A stretch of 64,000 nt of DNA, taken from Balanoglossus misakiensis. Its lineage: Eukaryota > Animalia > Hemichordata. The stretch is from positions 7,710,059-7,774,058 of the forward strand of contig CM082581.2 of the NCBI GenBank assembly GCA_040954595.2, read 5' to 3'. The notes below the pieces were generated by a model. That model made no database searches. It saw only the letters and a list, made by a program, of their open reading frames with translations, and had not been told where the DNA came from. Position 1 is the first letter of the stretch. Every line of letters begins with the position of its first letter. The position numbers were made by a program, and so were the translations under genes. Shown here piece by piece: positions 1 through 64,000 of this stretch.

Positions 1-140
1 CCCCTGACTTGTCTTTATGCAGTGATGGAAAAATGATATTTCAGGCTCATGTATTATTAACTACTCGCATTTCAATATAGTTAATACTATGGAATTTTAC
101 ACATTTACACAGCATGTATTTTGTTTTCAGTTTCACTTAC

Positions 141-61774
<61,634 letters not shown>

Positions 61775-62020
61775 TTTCACCGACTTGCTGTCATACTCCC
61801 CGCAAAACGATCAGTAAAAAACTCCACCAGTCTTCACCAACGACGAACACAGATATGCCACGCCCACGAACGCCGGCACAACTTCGATGGGATTACTGCG
61901 GCAACACTTTGCATATCAACACGTGGACTGTTCCATACTAAATTCGGGGGGTCGACGCCCAGGCAAGTATGCTGTGGGGAAAGTGAAACATACAACATTC
62001 GTGATCCGATTTCTTCCTAA
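61775..62020 (-). promoter_or_regulatory. 5'UTR/proximal promoter of the ferlin gene
   Basis: CpG-rich segment just upstream of the ATG, contrasting with CpG-poor introns; TSS not determinable. Confidence 0.55.
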
Positions 62021-64000
62021 TGGTATTGTTGAAATTGTACAATGAACACGTGGGTTGTTGCTTTTTTTACTTGCAAGGAATATTGTTGATTAAATTCATT
62101 TAAGTTAATTGCAAAAAATATGAATCATCGTCAAATTGAGTTCTTTCCGACTGATATATACAGGAGAATGCTTTATTTTTGTCCCGGTCTTCCAAAATAT
62201 AAGCGTGTGTCGAACGCTAAATCAATAAATAAGAACATGTGTCGACACAAAGGGTATTTATGAAAATTTTGACAAAGTTGCTGGGCCATCCGAGGGAACA
62301 TTTGGACATCCTATACTATATATGTACACGTACAATGTATTAGAGAATACGGAGTGAATGGAATTCGTTGAAATAGTATTTTACGTGTTGGCGCCTTTAT
62401 GGCGCGACATTCATAATTGATTTATCAAGAGTTATGTACGTTTTATGAGAATGCTAGCGGGAGTTCATGAGACGCTGCATAAATGACTGATATAAAACGT
62501 ATCCTTGGATATCATTGCTGATGCTCCATCCACGTTTACTAGTAAGGTACCTTCCAAGAGGGCGCTGTGACACATGTTTCAAACTTTTAGGGAGTTTTCA
62601 ACTTTATTGAGGGGAACGGGAACAGTTTTTCCCACACTCCCAGTAGCCAGAAGTGTGTGAGAGTCGTGAGCGCAGGCGGATACTTGAATATGTATGTCAG
62701 AAATTTCAGGTGAAAATCATAACCAAGTTTAAAAACCAACGATGCGGAAGTAAAAACTGTTTGCCATTGTCTTGGTGTTCACTATGAATTACTGTCTTAG
62801 ACAAATACTTTCTTATCTGAACAAGGAGAGAATTGACAGAGATTGGCGACAGAATAAGCGACGAAAGGGAAAAGTCATTTCAGGGATAACTTCGCCGATT
62901 CGGGAAGAAGGTAAAAACAAAAGACACCCCCCTTGATGGGATGTGTTCGCACTGATGGCGCTCTCATATGTCACGAAGTTCTCCGATCCTGGTTGTGCAA
63001 GGTGGTTTTTACTTCTCTAGTTCTTATGCTATTTACAATTTGTCAATACCAGGAATATGCAAGAATATCAAGACAGTAATGTCATCAAGTGTGCAGGCCT
63101 ACGATGTCATCTACTCGAGCTCCTAAATCGTTCGCACTTTGCCCAAAGCAAAAGTAAAAATAAACACACTAAAAATTTACTAAAAGTAAAACAATAAAGA
63201 AATCACACAACAACATCATGTTCATTTTGAGACTAGCAATAAAGATCAATATACTCCAATAAAGAAAAACAATAATAAATTTTTTTACATACTGCAAACT
63301 TTAATCTAACTTTTAAAGTGACTTCGGTTTTTTTGGAGTACATATACGCGCATAGCTCAACCTGAAGCTCACAAGCGACTGTGGTTTGTGCTGGAGTAGA
63401 ACTCGTTTTGCATGTCAGACTGCGCGGTTTTTACACGGTGTTCGTTTTGCTATGACTACAACGAAAATAGTGCACGATAGCATCCAAAATAGAACCATTC
63501 GACAGGAACGTGTGTGGCCGGGGGTCAAACTCCCAGAAAAGTTTTGTTTCTCGTCTGGATATTACGTTACGGCTGCGTGGCATTGTGCTTTGTTATATAT
63601 GGTATCTAGGACTCGACTATTTGTATTGTATTATGGGGTGTTGTCAAAAGCGTGCTGGTGGGTTTTAAAAGTCCTGTGCAATTCTCCGCATTTTCTATCT
63701 TACTGCCAGCAAAATGCGAAGATTGTGCAAGTCGAGGCCCACATCTGCTTCGTAAACGTGTGGTTGCACAGCCCTGGAGGTGAGCTGGGGTGAGCGCGGT
63801 GTTTTCTTTCGTGATCACCCACGGGGCAATCCTCATGCAAATTACACCACGTACGGCTGCTGCGGTGAAGCTGTACCACGTCGAATCACCCCGTGATTAA
63901 TATATGTACGTAGACATCATGTCGCTAATCACCCTTCCTCAGCCAATGAACTTATCGCTAACCACGTGAGGATGGGGATGTTTGCGTACAGTGTAACTGT

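Overview
AT-rich eukaryotic genomic DNA, probably from a marine invertebrate bilaterian (inferred, not identified). Almost the whole window is one minus-strand type-I (DysF-containing) ferlin gene of the myoferlin/dysferlin type. I traced 45 GT-AG core exons by hand from the ATG at 61774 to an exon at 141-250. They join in one open frame of 5840 nt (1946 codons + 2 nt) covering C2A, C2B, FerI, C2C, FerA, FerB, nested DysF, C2D, C2DE, C2E and C2F; the last exon(s) with the transmembrane anchor lie left of the window. The most interesting content is intronic. There is a tandemly duplicated FerA exon with an in-frame TGA that would give a 731-aa soluble ferlin or a poison transcript, and a 30-nt exon that repeats the end of the preceding exon. 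About a dozen phase-compatible candidate micro/cassette exons (6-243 nt) also occur, several at linkers matching human dysferlin's alternative exons 5a, 17 and 40a. Also present: a Harbinger/Tourist-type MITE, a (GTGA)n microsatellite and a CpG-rich promoter region. No prokaryotic features were found. All alternative exons are predictions from splice signals and frame only.
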